Positions 13,285 to 26,346 of a DNA stretch of 64,000 nucleotides are shown here, one piece after another. Numbering within the stretch: the stretch's first letter is position 1; each line of letters starts with the position of its first letter. The notes beneath the pieces are model-generated. The model saw only the letters and a program-made list of their open reading frames with translations, was not told where the DNA came from and did no database searches. Source of the stretch: Trichosphaerium sp. ATCC 40318. Its lineage: Eukaryota; Protista; Tubulinea. A program made the position numbers and the translations under genes. Location of the stretch: contig JALMLS010000309.1 of assembly GCA_038496445.1 (NCBI GenBank), positions 310,001 to 374,000 on the forward strand. The letters are read 5' to 3'.

Positions 13285-14257
13285 ATGGATTTAATGCAAG
13301 TAGATAACGCACCCAGGTACGCGTAAACTATTATAGTAATATACTGGCGCGACGGAGATGCCCTACGGACGTTTTGACGTCCCCGCATTTATTTAGTAAT
13401 TTACAAACCAACGGCTAATTTACTAGCAACGACGACGTATTGCTCATTCAAAGCGCCCATAGTAGCGTACCAGCTGAAGAACACGACCAAAGTGAAGAAA
13501 AATCGAGTTCTGCTACTGACCAAGATCAAAAAGATGATCAAACCAAAGATAGTGATGAGGAAGAAGTGTGGGAAGTGGAAAAAATAATAAATATGAAGCA
13601 CATAAAGGTACATGGCCTATTTTGTATTTTTTTTAATTTTTTTGTAGGGCAAGGTACACTATGAAGTAAAATGGAAGGGATGGCCACATTCATCAAACAC
13701 ATGGGAGCCAAGGTACAAACTCTTTGTTTTTGTGTTAATTATAAGCTAATTGTTAAAAGAGAACATGTTAAAGGATGTAAAGAAGCTTTAGAGAAATTCC
13801 ATAAACAAAACTTAAAAAAATATTCTGGAGGGTAATGTTTGTTGTTTATGTTTATAACATACTAATGTTGGGCTTAGTAAAAGAAAATACCACAAAAAAT
13901 GCACTATACAAGTAAACACAATCCAAACAACATTTTGATATTAATTTGGTTTTTTCTAGAATAAAAGATTAAAAAAATCTAGTATGAGGAAAATCCTACA
14001 AACCCAAGAAAAAATACATGTTGGATTTAAACATGGAGATAAAGTTGAGGAAATTGTTGGTGTGGTAGTGGAAAATGGTAAATTGTATTTTTATGTAAAA
14101 TGGTATGGCTTTGTCTATTGTGTAAAAAAACAAATTTTCTCATATTTTTTTTAGGTGCAAAAAAACTTTGTTGTTATATGTACCAAAGGAAGATATGTAC
14201 AAACACGCTCCTGATAAAACTCTTGCATTTTATGAAAAGCGATTACAATTTGAATAA
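13285..14257 (+). CDS. HP1: HP1/Swi6-like chromodomain + chromoshadow protein
   Basis: Acidic N-terminus; chromodomain [25 protein letters not shown]; chromoshadow [29 protein letters not shown]. Confidence 0.88.
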
Positions 14258-14524
14258 CAAATAATAAATAGTTGTATAGTAATAATACATTTGAATTTAA
14301 CAAACGTTTTTCAAAATGAAACCAACACATTATCATTTAATGTGTTGAATTTACACCTTTTTGGAGGTTTGCAACATAACATATAACATCTTTTATTTTG
14401 TCTATATCTTAATTGCAAAATCATTTTTACAAAGCCAAAAAGATAAACATGTCAAAATTAAAACAATTGTAGCATTGCAATACGCTATCATTTATTTACA
14501 AAGTATTATACATTGAATTTTGGA

Positions 14525-14925
14525 CTAAACAGCTACAGGCTCAGATAAGTCGACTAATTTGTGAAGATTGCCTAAATTGCCATCAAGCCCTTCACAGAAC
14601 TCCTAGGCGACGTTAGCGTCAAAGTGTAGAATAGGCAGCGTACATGTAACGGCATTGAACGAATTTCAGCAGGAAGAAACGACAGCCACAGAGAAAGCTC
14701 GTCATCTACGTCTGCGCATAGATCGTCGCAAACCGCACCCAAACGTGCGCATTGACTCTCAACTTACCGACGTGTTATTCATTACGCTTCGTATTCGCAC
14801 TGTAAGGTACCTTGGTTATTGTAGATGCGTAATAGAAGCTCTAATTTCTCCTTTTTGTTCAATTTGGCTTGCTGCGCTAACTGAGCCGGTTTATTTTCCT
14901 TCTTCTTTACTCGTTTCCTTGGCAT
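14525..14925 (-). CDS. Short Borealin/Nbl1-like protein (N-terminal domain only, ~103 aa)
   Basis: Three exons with GTAC..AG introns give MPRKRVKKK..LLRIYNNQVESQCARL..LSLWLSFLPAEIRSMPLHEFC.., matching the Borealin-N LP..IR.M...EF pattern. Confidence 0.7.
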
Positions 14926-15134
14926 TGTATTACGTACGCGTTTAGCCGTCGCTACAAGAAATAAAACGAACTTTGAAAATAACTGGCGGGAAAATTACAA
15001 ATACGGTCAACCCGTTTCACAACAGCGTATTAACAACATGCGCTCTGAAGCTCTATTCTCCAAACGTGTTTTTTATGGCATTTGAATACTCTGTACAATT
15101 ATTTTTTTGACTTTTTTCTGGCGAGAGGCGACGA

Positions 15135-18100
15135 TTAACCCAAATACGTCTCAATATTTTCCCATCGCAAAATCTCTGCCTTTGGAATGTCATCTGGTTT
15201 AATATCCATTGCAAGCATGTACGGTGTCTAACAAAAGTTGAGATAAGACGTAAAGAACATTGATATATTACCTCTCCGGCGTTGGTCTCTCTTTCAGGGT
15301 CTGCACCGTGGTCTATTAAGAACTTTATCGTTTGTGAATTGGGATTAAAGATCGCGTAGTGCAACGCAGTCCATCCCTTTTTACGTGAGGCATCATTCAT
15401 ACTATCTTTTAATACAGGGAATGTTTCTAGCAACAGCTCAAGGATCTCAACAGACTTGGCGCATCCTAAAATCTTAGGAGGCGATGATAAATCAGCGCCA
15501 CCACGTCCTCTTAAACACAATTAGGAAAAACACAAAAACGTTGTTTTGCGTACCTGTTTTCGAACAAAAATGGGATTAAATCGCTATGTCCGAAAGTACT
15601 AGCAATTACCAATGCCTCATCAAAACTTGCGTCCTGTTCAGCGTATAATTTGACTAATTCCATATCACCAAACTTACAAGCTAACTTGAATGGTGTCCAA
15701 ACTTCCTTGTTGCTTTTAAAGAAATCTAAAGAGTAATAATGGGGTCAGACAACTTTTGGTTTTCGACTTATTTTGTCGGCAACGTACAATGCGGAAGTTT
15801 GGCTGAGGCGTTGACATCCAAGCCTTGCTTCACAAGGTCAGCTGCAAGCTTTAAAAGAAACTCTCTTGGTCGCGCCATATCAGACATTTTGTGCAGAGCC
15901 TCTGGTATGAAATGCAATAGTGTAGCACCTGAAGGCATTTCTCCTTGTACTGACACGCCTCTCTCAAGCACATATGAAAATACTTGAAACCTATACGTTA
16001 CTATTAGAGTCGAAAGTAAAAAGTCAATCCAAGTACCAATTAAATGTTGTGCGCTCTGTTTTTGTGGATAGTTCTCCCTTTAATTGACATTTAAAACAAA
16101 AACCGACGAGGGAAAATCAAATGGTGTTGTTTGTACCTCATTTACCATCTTGCTTGCAATCTTGAGTACGAGGGGTGTACCGTCCTTCAAGTTTATATCA
16201 AGAAAAGCGCCATAATTGAGGAGGAGATCAATATACTTTATTCCTTCTGTTAACGCTGCACGAACGATAATACGTTCTCCGTGAGCCTCGTCCTTATCTG
16301 TACCCTGATAGAAAGAACAAAGTTAGTGTATGAAGATATGATTATGACGACTCACCATAAAGTACATGTTCGGATTGGCGCCTCGATCGAGTATTGGTAT
16401 CAATGCGTCAATGTCACACCTTGATAAATTAATTTAGGCAACTTCCAAGCTTGAATCCATGAAGGGACGTACGACTCAGAGAATCCTTCTTTGCAAAGTT
16501 GAGTGTCTAGCTCAGTAGGACTGGAAGCTGGCTTAAACGGTGTTTCATCTATCGCCAACGCTGTCTCGAATGTATCTTTTAAAGCCTTCATCCATATTTC
16601 TTTTTCTTCATCCTATCCGGTTTAGTTCAATTTCAGGGAGGGCACTAGTACCGATTTGCCTATCAAATATAAAATTGTGTCACCCATAGACTTGGAATAA
16701 GCACGAAACGCGTGTTTTCTTTTGTGCCAACAGCTATTAGAAATAGACCGAGTTAGTACAGAGCACATCAACCACAAACAAAACAGAAAATACGAAAAAC
16801 AAGTTTGGCACCTTGTCACTGCGCCTTCCTTCATTTCGTATGTCTTTATTGGTGGTGATGTCATGGCCTCCTACACTACCTGTCAGAACGGAAACATTGA
16901 TTGGTATTCGTGCCTTCTCGCGCAACCAGTATGATAACTTCTTTTGCTCAATGGACAATATAACAAAATACTTGATCACCTCTCCAGCACCTTTATGAGA
17001 ACAAGTCTCGGCTGCAAAGGAAGTTAGTGACGCCAAAATGAAAGAAAAAAAGTCATGTTTTACGCTGTTTTCTAGGCATCCGCAAGAATCCGGCGAGTTG
17101 TCCATTTGATGGCCTAGCAGATGCAAGTTAGTTACTCATTGTGATCTCATATTCGAGTGCCTTGGTGGTGGTCTGTCTGATGACTTTCTGTTTTGTTTCA
17201 TGGTTCTTGTTGAAAGCGTTTTCATCAACCTAGATCCAGACATCGCAAATCCCTTGACACTTCCTGCTTTCTTAAAATGCTTCTTCCTTGCCTTTGCAGG
17301 AGCATTACCAAGGTCACTTGATGACTTTGATTTGGTATGCATAATCTTTGGAGGAGCAGATGACGTGATATCTTCAGACTGAATCCAGTCAGGCAACAAG
17401 CAAACAAAGCCAAAACAAAAACAAAAAAAAATACCTTAGTTTTCCTGTGGCTTCGTGTAGGCGGTATAAGCTGTGTTGTTGGTATAGGCATCGACGCCGA
17501 GTTTGTATCTGCATCACTATCTTCATCACGTGTTGGTGATGGAGAGATTGACCTTGTAGTTGATGAAGATGTCCCACTATAATTTTTCTTTGTTTTACGT
17601 GTGTTAATGTCATGAGATCGGCCACGGTCAACTGTAGGCTCCATCACGGATGGCGGACGATGTGGTGGTGGATGCTTGGGAGGTGCTTTTGGTGGCATTG
17701 CCCTGGATTTTGGTTGAAATGGAGGAAGCGGTATAGCCGGTTTGTTCTTTATAAACGACTAATTAAAAAATGTTGTTAGTCAAAAAGGAATAGTTTCCAG
17801 GCATACTTTTGTGTCTAAAGGCTCATGTGTTGTCGTCCTTGATTGAGGCTTTGCTGGCTTTTTTGGAGGCACCACTGGTAAAGTCTAGTCAAAAGTTAGT
17901 TAAGACCTCCATGGTGGCGTATTAACAGGTACCTGTCTGTTAGGAAAGCCTGGTAGCTTTGGTCGTTTTGGCGTAGGTGGTATTGGTTTCTTTTTAATTG
18001 GAGCTGAACTTGACATTCCTTCTCTTATACCTGCTCCTCCTCTATTAACTGGGGTTTTTCGTGGAGCCTGAGCAGATATCTTTTTTTTGTACAACCCTAC

Positions 18101-19875
18101 AACAAACTAGTAAGCAACATTATTGGAGTTTTTTACTTTATTTTAATCGCCACGACGCATACCTATCAATTCTACCCAGTCCTGTTTGATTTTTTGAAAG
18201 CGTTTCTTAGGGTCAAGTTTCCCTGCTTGTTGGACACGTGATGCTAAATCCTAACAAGAAATAAGTGTTCAAGGTAAGTCGCGGATAGTCACAGAAAACA
18301 ACCAACTTTGTTTTTTGCAACCAAAAAAAGCACGTACTTGTAGTTCAACAAGCGCTCCTTTACTTTGTTTGAAGCGCTCTTGAATATGCCTAGCGTCCCG
18401 CATAGGACCATGCAAGTCTTTGTGCATTCGAAAAATCCACTCTAGACATGTTGTAAGGCTGTAACCAATTTTTACAATGGCGTACCTTCCATTGTTCTTG
18501 CCTCCGCTTCAAACTGGTCTTCGATACCTGGTGTCTTTTCTATGTCACCAAACGAATAATCATCTTGCGCTTCAGACCATTCTGGAGGCTCTAGACCGGC
18601 ATTTCCAGGAGATCCAAGCGAATCTGAATAACTCGTCACGCTTGGCGATCTTTGGGACGATAGGCTTTCTTCAACGCCATCACTCACAGCAAGCGCTGTT
18701 GGGCGTCCAGGAGGAGGATGTGGATGATTGCTTGGAGGTGGTGCAGGATTTACTGTTCCGCGCTGTTCTGAGGATTGCACTGCTATGTATTTTGGTTTGT
18801 CTCTGGTCACCTGTGTTTGTCTCAAATGAGGTATGGATTGCTCAATGCCATTGGTCACTTGCGGTGGCGTTGGTGGCTCTGTAGGACGTGGAACAACACC
18901 AGGAGGTGATTTATTACCATTTTCGCTTTCCTGGGGTTCACTTGGTTCTCTTTGGCTCTCGCTTACTGATATGCTATCTCCGTCTCTGTCCTTGTCTCTA
19001 TCTCTGTGTTTTCTTCTACCACTTTTGTGTTTTCTTGATTTTTTGTCTGCTGTTAGCCCACTAGCGCCTCCCTTCTTTTTCCTCCCATGTCTTAATCGTG
19101 TACAATGAGAATTCAAGTAGGTTTAATATTTAATAGATTACCTGTCAGAAGAACGTCCGGAGTGGTGTTCTCTCCTCTCTCTTGCTGACTCTGTAAACTT
19201 ATATGAGCTGGGCAACCTCAAATAGAAAAATACCTGATCCGCTTGGTTCTTGAGGGGCCTGAGTCGCCTGTATAAAGGCCTTTGTAGCATTTAAAATAAC
19301 AATCCGGTCCTTTGCTCTGTTTTTGAAAAAACTCGTGAGAAAAACCTGTGTAACGCAAACGTAGTGCTAACTAACACGTGAACCGAAAAAAAAAAAAAGA
19401 AAGCGATTGTCACGTTTTTTTTTAATTTGTTTTCAAAAAACTACTATTTTTTTTTCGCTCTTAGGACGCCACAGCTTAGGTAAACGCACCAAAAGCGCCA
19501 TAAAACAATTAATTTCAGAAAAAATAATCTGAAGAAAAAAGGAGTTTCGTTGTACTTTGTTACATCCATCGACTTTAACAGCTCGTGATCGATAGCCTCG
19601 ATATCACCCACATTGAGACCATTTTCTTCAAAGTGATCGGCCAGAATTGCGCTTGATTCGTTATCAAAACCAGCACAGGAGAAAAACTTGAACCACGTGA
19701 AATTAAGAACAAGCTCTACAAATATAATTGGCTTTTCTCAAAATGTACAGTGGAAACTATTAAAAAAATACGCATAGACGCGCTTGCCCTCCAGCGAACT
19801 TCGCTTTTCTCGCTTGTGCGTGCGAGGAGCCTTATTCTTTTTACTACGTGATTTATGCAGTCCCTGGTCCGCCAT
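15135..19875 (-). CDS. SAM domain - Pro-rich - PH domain - ankyrin repeat scaffold protein
   Basis: SAM-like ADHFEENGLNVGDIEAIDHELLKSMDVTKAKDRIVIL; PxxP tracts; PH terminal helix EEKEIWMKAL; ankyrin repeats GWTALHYA..LIDHGADP. Confidence 0.7.
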
Positions 19876-20275
19876 ATCCGCCTCGTGTCAAGAAAACGGT
19901 TTAAGATATCGCAAGGGTCGTTAGGGCTAAAAGCAAATTATGAAGCGGCACAAGTCAAATGTGCGTCTTGTCCTTAATGCACGGATCTTACTTGAACATT
20001 GCATGTACGCGTTGGTAGAACGTACTACCCACCTATACGCTCGTATGCAGCGTCACGGCAAAACTAGTTGAAAAGCTCTCGATTTTTTAAATGACATAAT
20101 GAGATGTTTTGAGCGACATTTGTGTAGTGAAAACGCGCGTACAGCTCAATCAAGGGTGGTTTTGTAACTATTGGCTTTTTTGTTGTAATCGACGCTTGGT
20201 TGGTGACGTAGCTTTTTATTTACGCCTTGTCACGTAAGAGCAGACGTATATATGTGTTTTTAGAGCGTAAGAGGT

Positions 20276-20661
20276 CTAGCCGATAAAGCTAAGGACTACA
20301 AAGTGAAACAATAGCGAAGCGCCAATAAAATCTGCGAATGCTCTTTCTGGACTGATATTGAGGTTGCGTTCGAATTTGTTGCTTGGGTTGACTTGCATGC
20401 GTAAAGCCACTAAAAAACGTTTAATTACACTTGCGTAGTGTGCATGATCGTACCAGCCAGACAAAAAGAGCCAACGCAAGATATAAAGCCAGATAAAAAG
20501 GAGTTCTTAGGAAAGGTACCCACCATCATACAGTATACGAATTGTACAATACCAGTCAATACAATGTACGTTAAATAAACATCAATGAGTTTTAGCCTTC
20601 TAATCGTATTTTTGGAGTATTGCTCTACAAAGGTGGAAACGATCGAGAAGAGGGAAGCCAT
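20276..20661 (-). CDS. DAD1: Oligosaccharyltransferase subunit DAD1/OST2
   Basis: [50 protein letters not shown]; one intron. Confidence 0.95.
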
Positions 20662-20806
20662 TTTTTGTCGCCACGTCAATGATAAACCGAAAGAAATTGT
20701 GAAGGTCAACTACATTCCCAACGCCAAAAAACTTTGCTGTCTGTACAAAAACCCTTATTCCAGTTTTACACTTCGCGTTTAGCTGTTGTTTTCATAGTCA
20801 GTCCTA

Positions 20807-23800
20807 ATGGAAGTACCCTAAAATAAATTAATGAGCTTGTTGCTGTAATTTTCGTACACATTGTAGTTGAGACTTTTCGCTGTCATTTTTCGTGGCTTTT
20901 GGCGTAGTGGGAGCATACCATGAGAAGCAACGCCGGTCAGACGTTTAGCATCTCTGGCCACAGTGTTAAACTACATGAGGGCATGGCAGAATACGATATA
21001 ATAGTTGACATAGGTAAATTAAAGCTCTTTGCGCTGTTTGTTGCTTAAACAACACTTCCATTTACGTTTTTATGTCTAACTGTATCTTAGACAGTATAGT
21101 GAATGGTACGCTACTAACAGCAAACAATCTGACGTTTGGGAAGGAAACAAAGGATGGCCGTTGTACATTTCTCAAAACCTGCGTCAACGGCTCCAAGACG
21201 GGCTATACCAACAAGCTACGGACTCGCGCAGTACGTCACGTTCGGAATATAATAGTCACGTGTGTCACATTCTTCGCTGACTTTCGTAGCGTTCACCAGC
21301 ACAAATGACGCCTATAGTAGAAATCAAGATATGTCGGACTCCAGTAGCAGCACGGCCGAAGACCTAAACATTCCTGAAGTTCGCCTTTTGTGTTCTGGAT
21401 CTTTTTTTTTTAAGAGTCCATAATAGGAACCTGAACGAAAAGAGACAGTTGTAGAAACAACAGAAGAGAAAGAAGAAGAAGACGATGATGGATTGACAAA
21501 TGAGTTGCTCAAGCTCCTTGACTTGGATAGTACCAACACCATTGTGCGTCAATGACAGGTCATTTTCACTACTTATGTCTATGCTTAGGTATCCGTGTCA
21601 GGGTTGTTTAATAGAGGCAAAACCTTCATTCTGAATAAGCTGGCAAAAACAAAACTGCCGTCAGATTTCAAGGTAACACAAAATAAAATTCAAAACCCAT
21701 TCCATAAATCCATGGACTTTACTAGGTTACGACCAAAGGTTTATCATTCATACTACCACAAGATGATAATGTTAAAAATCTCATCTTCTTGGATACAGCT
21801 GGTACTCGTGACCTGCAGTCGAAATGTCAAATCCTTTTTTCTAAAGCAGCGTTCCAGGTAGAAACAGTCCTCTATCGTTGTCGACTTCATCCGTATTGGA
21901 CAAAGTCCTGGCGGAAAAGAAGACTACAGAGCTATTCATGCAAGACTTGATATTCGACATGAGTGATGTCATCATAGTAGTCGTCAATCAACTCACATTC
22001 CACGGTACTTTTTTAGTCTTCATTTTCCTTTGCTTACTTTGAATTTTCAGATCAGGAGTACTTGTCAGTACTAAGAGATAAGCTAAAGCAATCAGAGAAG
22101 GAGTTCAAAAAGATTTATGTTGTACACAATTTCCACGATGTAACAACTGAACCTGACTTGTACGTACACATACTTTCTGTTGGTTACACGATGGTGCTCA
22201 TGAGAAAATCTAAGGTTGACAATGTGGCGCAAATACGTGCTTTTTGCGTATGAGGGAACTCAAAAAAGCGTACAAGTGCAACTACCAGAGAGGTACAAGT
22301 CCACCTCGTATACCACTTTTTTAAACTGAATTTTTAGCGGTCCACCAATTGCACGTGGTGCCACTGATGCAAGATATTTCGTCACCAAAGATGGCTCCAT
22401 GTACTACACAAACATCATAATATACCGACTTATACTTACGTCAGGACACACGTATTCCTAGCCAACGATTTCTCGAAGGCCGGTCAGTATTGGAACCCAA
22501 GGTACCATTTTTTTTTGAAATTGTATACAACGGCTTCATATTCAGGTTTTTTTACCTAGAACTTTTGAACTGTTGAGAACGTGGCTTAAAGGAAAACACT
22601 CTTCTGATGATGTACCATTACATCACCTGCTCATAAAGTCGGCTGATAAGTACCTACGTCATTATTGTAAAGGTATACAAAGTGTTAGGATAAAGACTGG
22701 CATGCAACGAGATGAGTTGATGCAGTCACTTCGAACTCAACAAAATTTCCGACCGGAGTACAGGCAGCCTGTACAACCTCCAGTGCGTTGTCACATTCTC
22801 AGTTCGAACGTACTAATATGATAGGTTCAACCTCAACCAGTTGCAAGACCACCTCCACAAAGAAGAGGTAGACAAAAGCGAGGTGAAGTTGTTCAACCAC
22901 CGCCACCGCCACCTACCTACAAACCTCTTGATGCTGTACGTTATACTCGTATTCATCTCCCCCTTAATCATTTGAATACTGACTTATTTACTAGACCGAG
23001 TGGGACAAGGTACGTTTAATACATTGTCTGTGTTAATCTAAGTAATTGAACAATAAGCCTCCAACGCATGAAGACACTGAAATGGTTAAAATGCCAGAAG
23101 GTTCAGTTTTAATAATGTTATCAACCTAAATGTGCGATAGGTATTCTCAAGCTTACTGTGAGTGGCGATATGAGTTTGAAACGAGAGAAAGTGACGTTTA
23201 ATGGATATCACATAACGCTTGAACAGAGCAACATGTTCCAACCAAAGGTCGGTGTCTACATTTAATCTAACACTCACATGTTGCTCAACCACTTGTATTG
23301 TAGGTAGACACGATTGATGATCCAGCAGGTATGTTAATATTGGTCGACCTTCCTGGATTCCGACCTTTCGAAGAGGTTAGTATGTCGAGTTTTGGCATGA
23401 AAAAACTAACATTTATGGATCAACAGGAAGATGAGAATCCAGACGAAATTGATGATTTCGTAACTGGCGGAATGGTCGATGTCTGGATAGACAGACCAAC
23501 AAGGCAACTCATGATATCAGGTATGTTTAACCACAAGTGATAGTGCGTAGATTAAGAGTCTTATTCTTCTAGGTTCTAGGAAATTGAGCTACCCTGTAGT
23601 CGAGAAGGTTGAAGGTGAATATGACTTTGGGGAAATAACCAGCTACGTACAAAGCAGAGGTCATGAAAGACCTACCGGTAAGGCTTTTTAGTCTGGTTGC
23701 AACATAGTTAACACTGTTAATCCAAGGTAAGTTTGAAAGGCGTGTTCAGCTACCACATGACATAGAACTCGATTCTGATCCACTTTTTACGCTTGATGAA

Positions 23801-23960
23801 GGACAGGTAATTCCAAGTTTTTTTTAATTGTTTGACACGTGATTTCCAGGGTGTCATATTCTTGAAAAAGGCGAAAAAGAGAAGACGCATTATTCCAAAG
23901 AGAGCTCGACGCTCAAAGAGAAAACCCACCAAAGCGAAGACAGCTCCAGCAACAGATTAA
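20807..23960 (+). CDS. P-loop GTPase domain fused to C-terminal Hsp20/alpha-crystallin domain
   Basis: G1 GLFNRGKT, G2 TTKG, G3 DTAG, VVHN; C-terminal PKVDTIDD..ILVDLPG..LMISGSR..ERPTGKFERRVQLP..GQGVI; start at 20807 or 20920. Confidence 0.75.
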
Positions 23961-24293
23961 CCCAAATAAACTACTACTTGTTATTTCTACACAACTTGAC
24001 TGAACCCATTTATAAGCCACCCAATGTAGTGGTTTTTTTTTTGTCAATATTGGTGTACTTGATCTCTTTTTAAAAATGCGAATAGCACTTCACTATCAAT
24101 AATTGCATCTTGTACACATTGACAATAGATAATTTGAGTTGTTACAAATAACGCAGTTTATTGAAGCAACTCTTAAAATTATTTATACAAGTAAGCCGCT
24201 TGACTTGTTGACATGCGTTCTTCGTGACAGTCAGTCCCATCACAACAAAGATGTTTGAGCTCAATGTTACCTAGATCACCTTCTTTACGACCA

Positions 24294-25811
24294 TCAAAGT
24301 TCGAATTTAAGATCATCGCCAAGCCTGAACTCAATAGGCAAAAGGAAAGATGTGTAGTGAATATCCTATTTTAAAAGTAACAAATTAGAACAATTTGAGG
24401 TACTAATGCGTGCGGCTTACGGGCGTGTAGTATGAAGTTTGTATGTCCTTAGCTTCCCAAGAAGCTTTGTCAAGAGGTTTTAACGGAGGATCAACCGTAT
24501 TAGACGCAAAAGCGAACATGTAGTGTCCTGATAAGAACGAAGGAATCGCCACTTAAAAAAAACTCATTAAAGTACTCCGTTAATGTAAAAAAAACCACGT
24601 GTTATCCACATGCATTTTACCTTGGTATAAGTGCACGTGCTCGAAACCATTCTTCATATTCTTGTGTTGTGATTTTATAGCTTCAGTCTCAAGCACTGCG
24701 CTGTTCATGTTTGCAACAAGTGCGCCTCTTGTCTTTAACAATTTGCTACAGTCTTTATAGAATTGAGGTGAGGTGAGCTCTTTAGCAGAGTTGGTACTGT
24801 CAATAATGATGACATCGTATTGACTTGGTTTTTTCGCCTTTACTACCTCAGCACCATTATCATAAGTTATTGTTAGTCGATCGTTACTGACTGCTTTCTT
24901 AGCCCAAGTGAAATGTCGAGTGGACACTGCTACCACATCCTTATCAATATCAACTAGCTCAACTGAATTTACGTTCTTATGGCGTAGTACTTGGTGCGCA
25001 GCACCCAAATCACCTCCACCTATTATAGGCATTTTAGAGACAAATTTTTGGCAAAAAATCTGACGAATACAGCACGTGATTGCAAAAAAAGAGCAAAAAA
25101 AAAAACGTTACCTATTATCAAAACGTCAATGCCACTCTTGTCTAAACCCAAAGAATTCACTGGAACATGAGCTATCATCTTTATCGTAGGTGAGAGATGA
25201 ATTGTTTTGCGTTGGATGTAAAAAGAAACAACATGTTGAATGGCGTGTTAAGTACCTCATGATAAAAGTCTCCATCGAAAGATGTAATTTGCAAGCGATC
25301 ATCTATGATCAACATTTCGCCATAAAATGGGCTTTTCATCACCTAAAACATTCATTAAACGGCTATTTGCGTTTTCGGGTCGGAAATAGTATTTCGTTAG
25401 AAATCGTACCTTTATGTGTTGGTGTTCAGATTTGAAGTCTTCTAGTATCTAAACGGCGTTGTTAGATCTACTTTGGAATATTTTAAGTACTTTGCCCTCA
25501 AACAGGTTGCTATAGCCAGATATTGTACTGTCTTCGCGAAATACAGTAAAATCAGGGTGTATACCAAGACATGCTATATTACTACGTTTAATTTAGAAAA
25601 AGACGCTCTCAGTCGCAAGCATATCACCACTGCCATGTAACGCACCTTCCAACGCATGGGAATAAATAGCCAAGGAATAGATTAACTGTACGTTACGTAA
25701 GTAATGGCACAGTGAGTCAATTTGCATTGTACCAACGACCAAAAAACCCAATGAAATGTATAACCACTGCGGCACATCTGCAAATTTAAACTTGCCTTTG
25801 TAGAACCTCAT
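24294..25811 (-). CDS. Spermidine-synthase-family aminopropyltransferase with N-terminal TM anchor
   Basis: FYHE.MIAHVP, VLIIGGGDLGA, VDID, YDVIIIDST, IHYTSFLLP; N-terminal WLYISLGFLVVVNLFLGYLFP. Confidence 0.85.
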
Positions 25812-26346
25812 GTACGCTGTTATACGTTACAGACAAGGAACGAACAATGTCAAAGCTCGTTGTTGGCAGAAAGTCAAAGTTAGTCTAGCCTCTTAAAATT
25901 GCGAAATTTCTACAGAGTATTTTTGGTGCGCTAAGAATTGGTGCACAACGGCTGCACAAAAAGCTCTCTTGCGATACAGGTAGCTAATTGAAAGAAATTA
26001 CGTATGAACCCCGTTAGCTAGAGCCGAAAAAAGAACTAAGTGACTCTTGCAGTGATCCAACCCTTATTACGCAATTCCTACACTACAACCTAATACTGTA
26101 TAAAGTCACTCTCAACGAATCCAGCGTTAAGGCGAGTTTTTAGGTGAAAACTAAAACCGTTTAAACGCTATGAAGTTGAATATGTGTGTAAGCCTCACAC
26201 CCACTTGCACCAGCTTTAGTAAAATATTTCGCCTTGCAACACTCCAATGCTACCGTTGTGCGAACACTGAAAGTTTGTCGTTACACGTAAGTCGCTTAAA
26301 ACCAGATTTGGAAGTTGCAAGTTTGATGGGCTATCAGAGCTTCTAA
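25810..26346 (+). CDS. Possible small hypothetical multi-exon gene
   Basis: A five-exon open path can be built (one GC-AG donor); no homology recognised. Confidence 0.25.

Noticed and set aside
13079-13312. 77-aa minus-strand ORF as the PRPS N-terminus
   Set aside because: Wrong frame; the true start [10 protein letters not shown] is at 13154
14655-14945. 96-aa plus-strand ORF
   Set aside because: Antisense to the better-supported Borealin-like spliced gene
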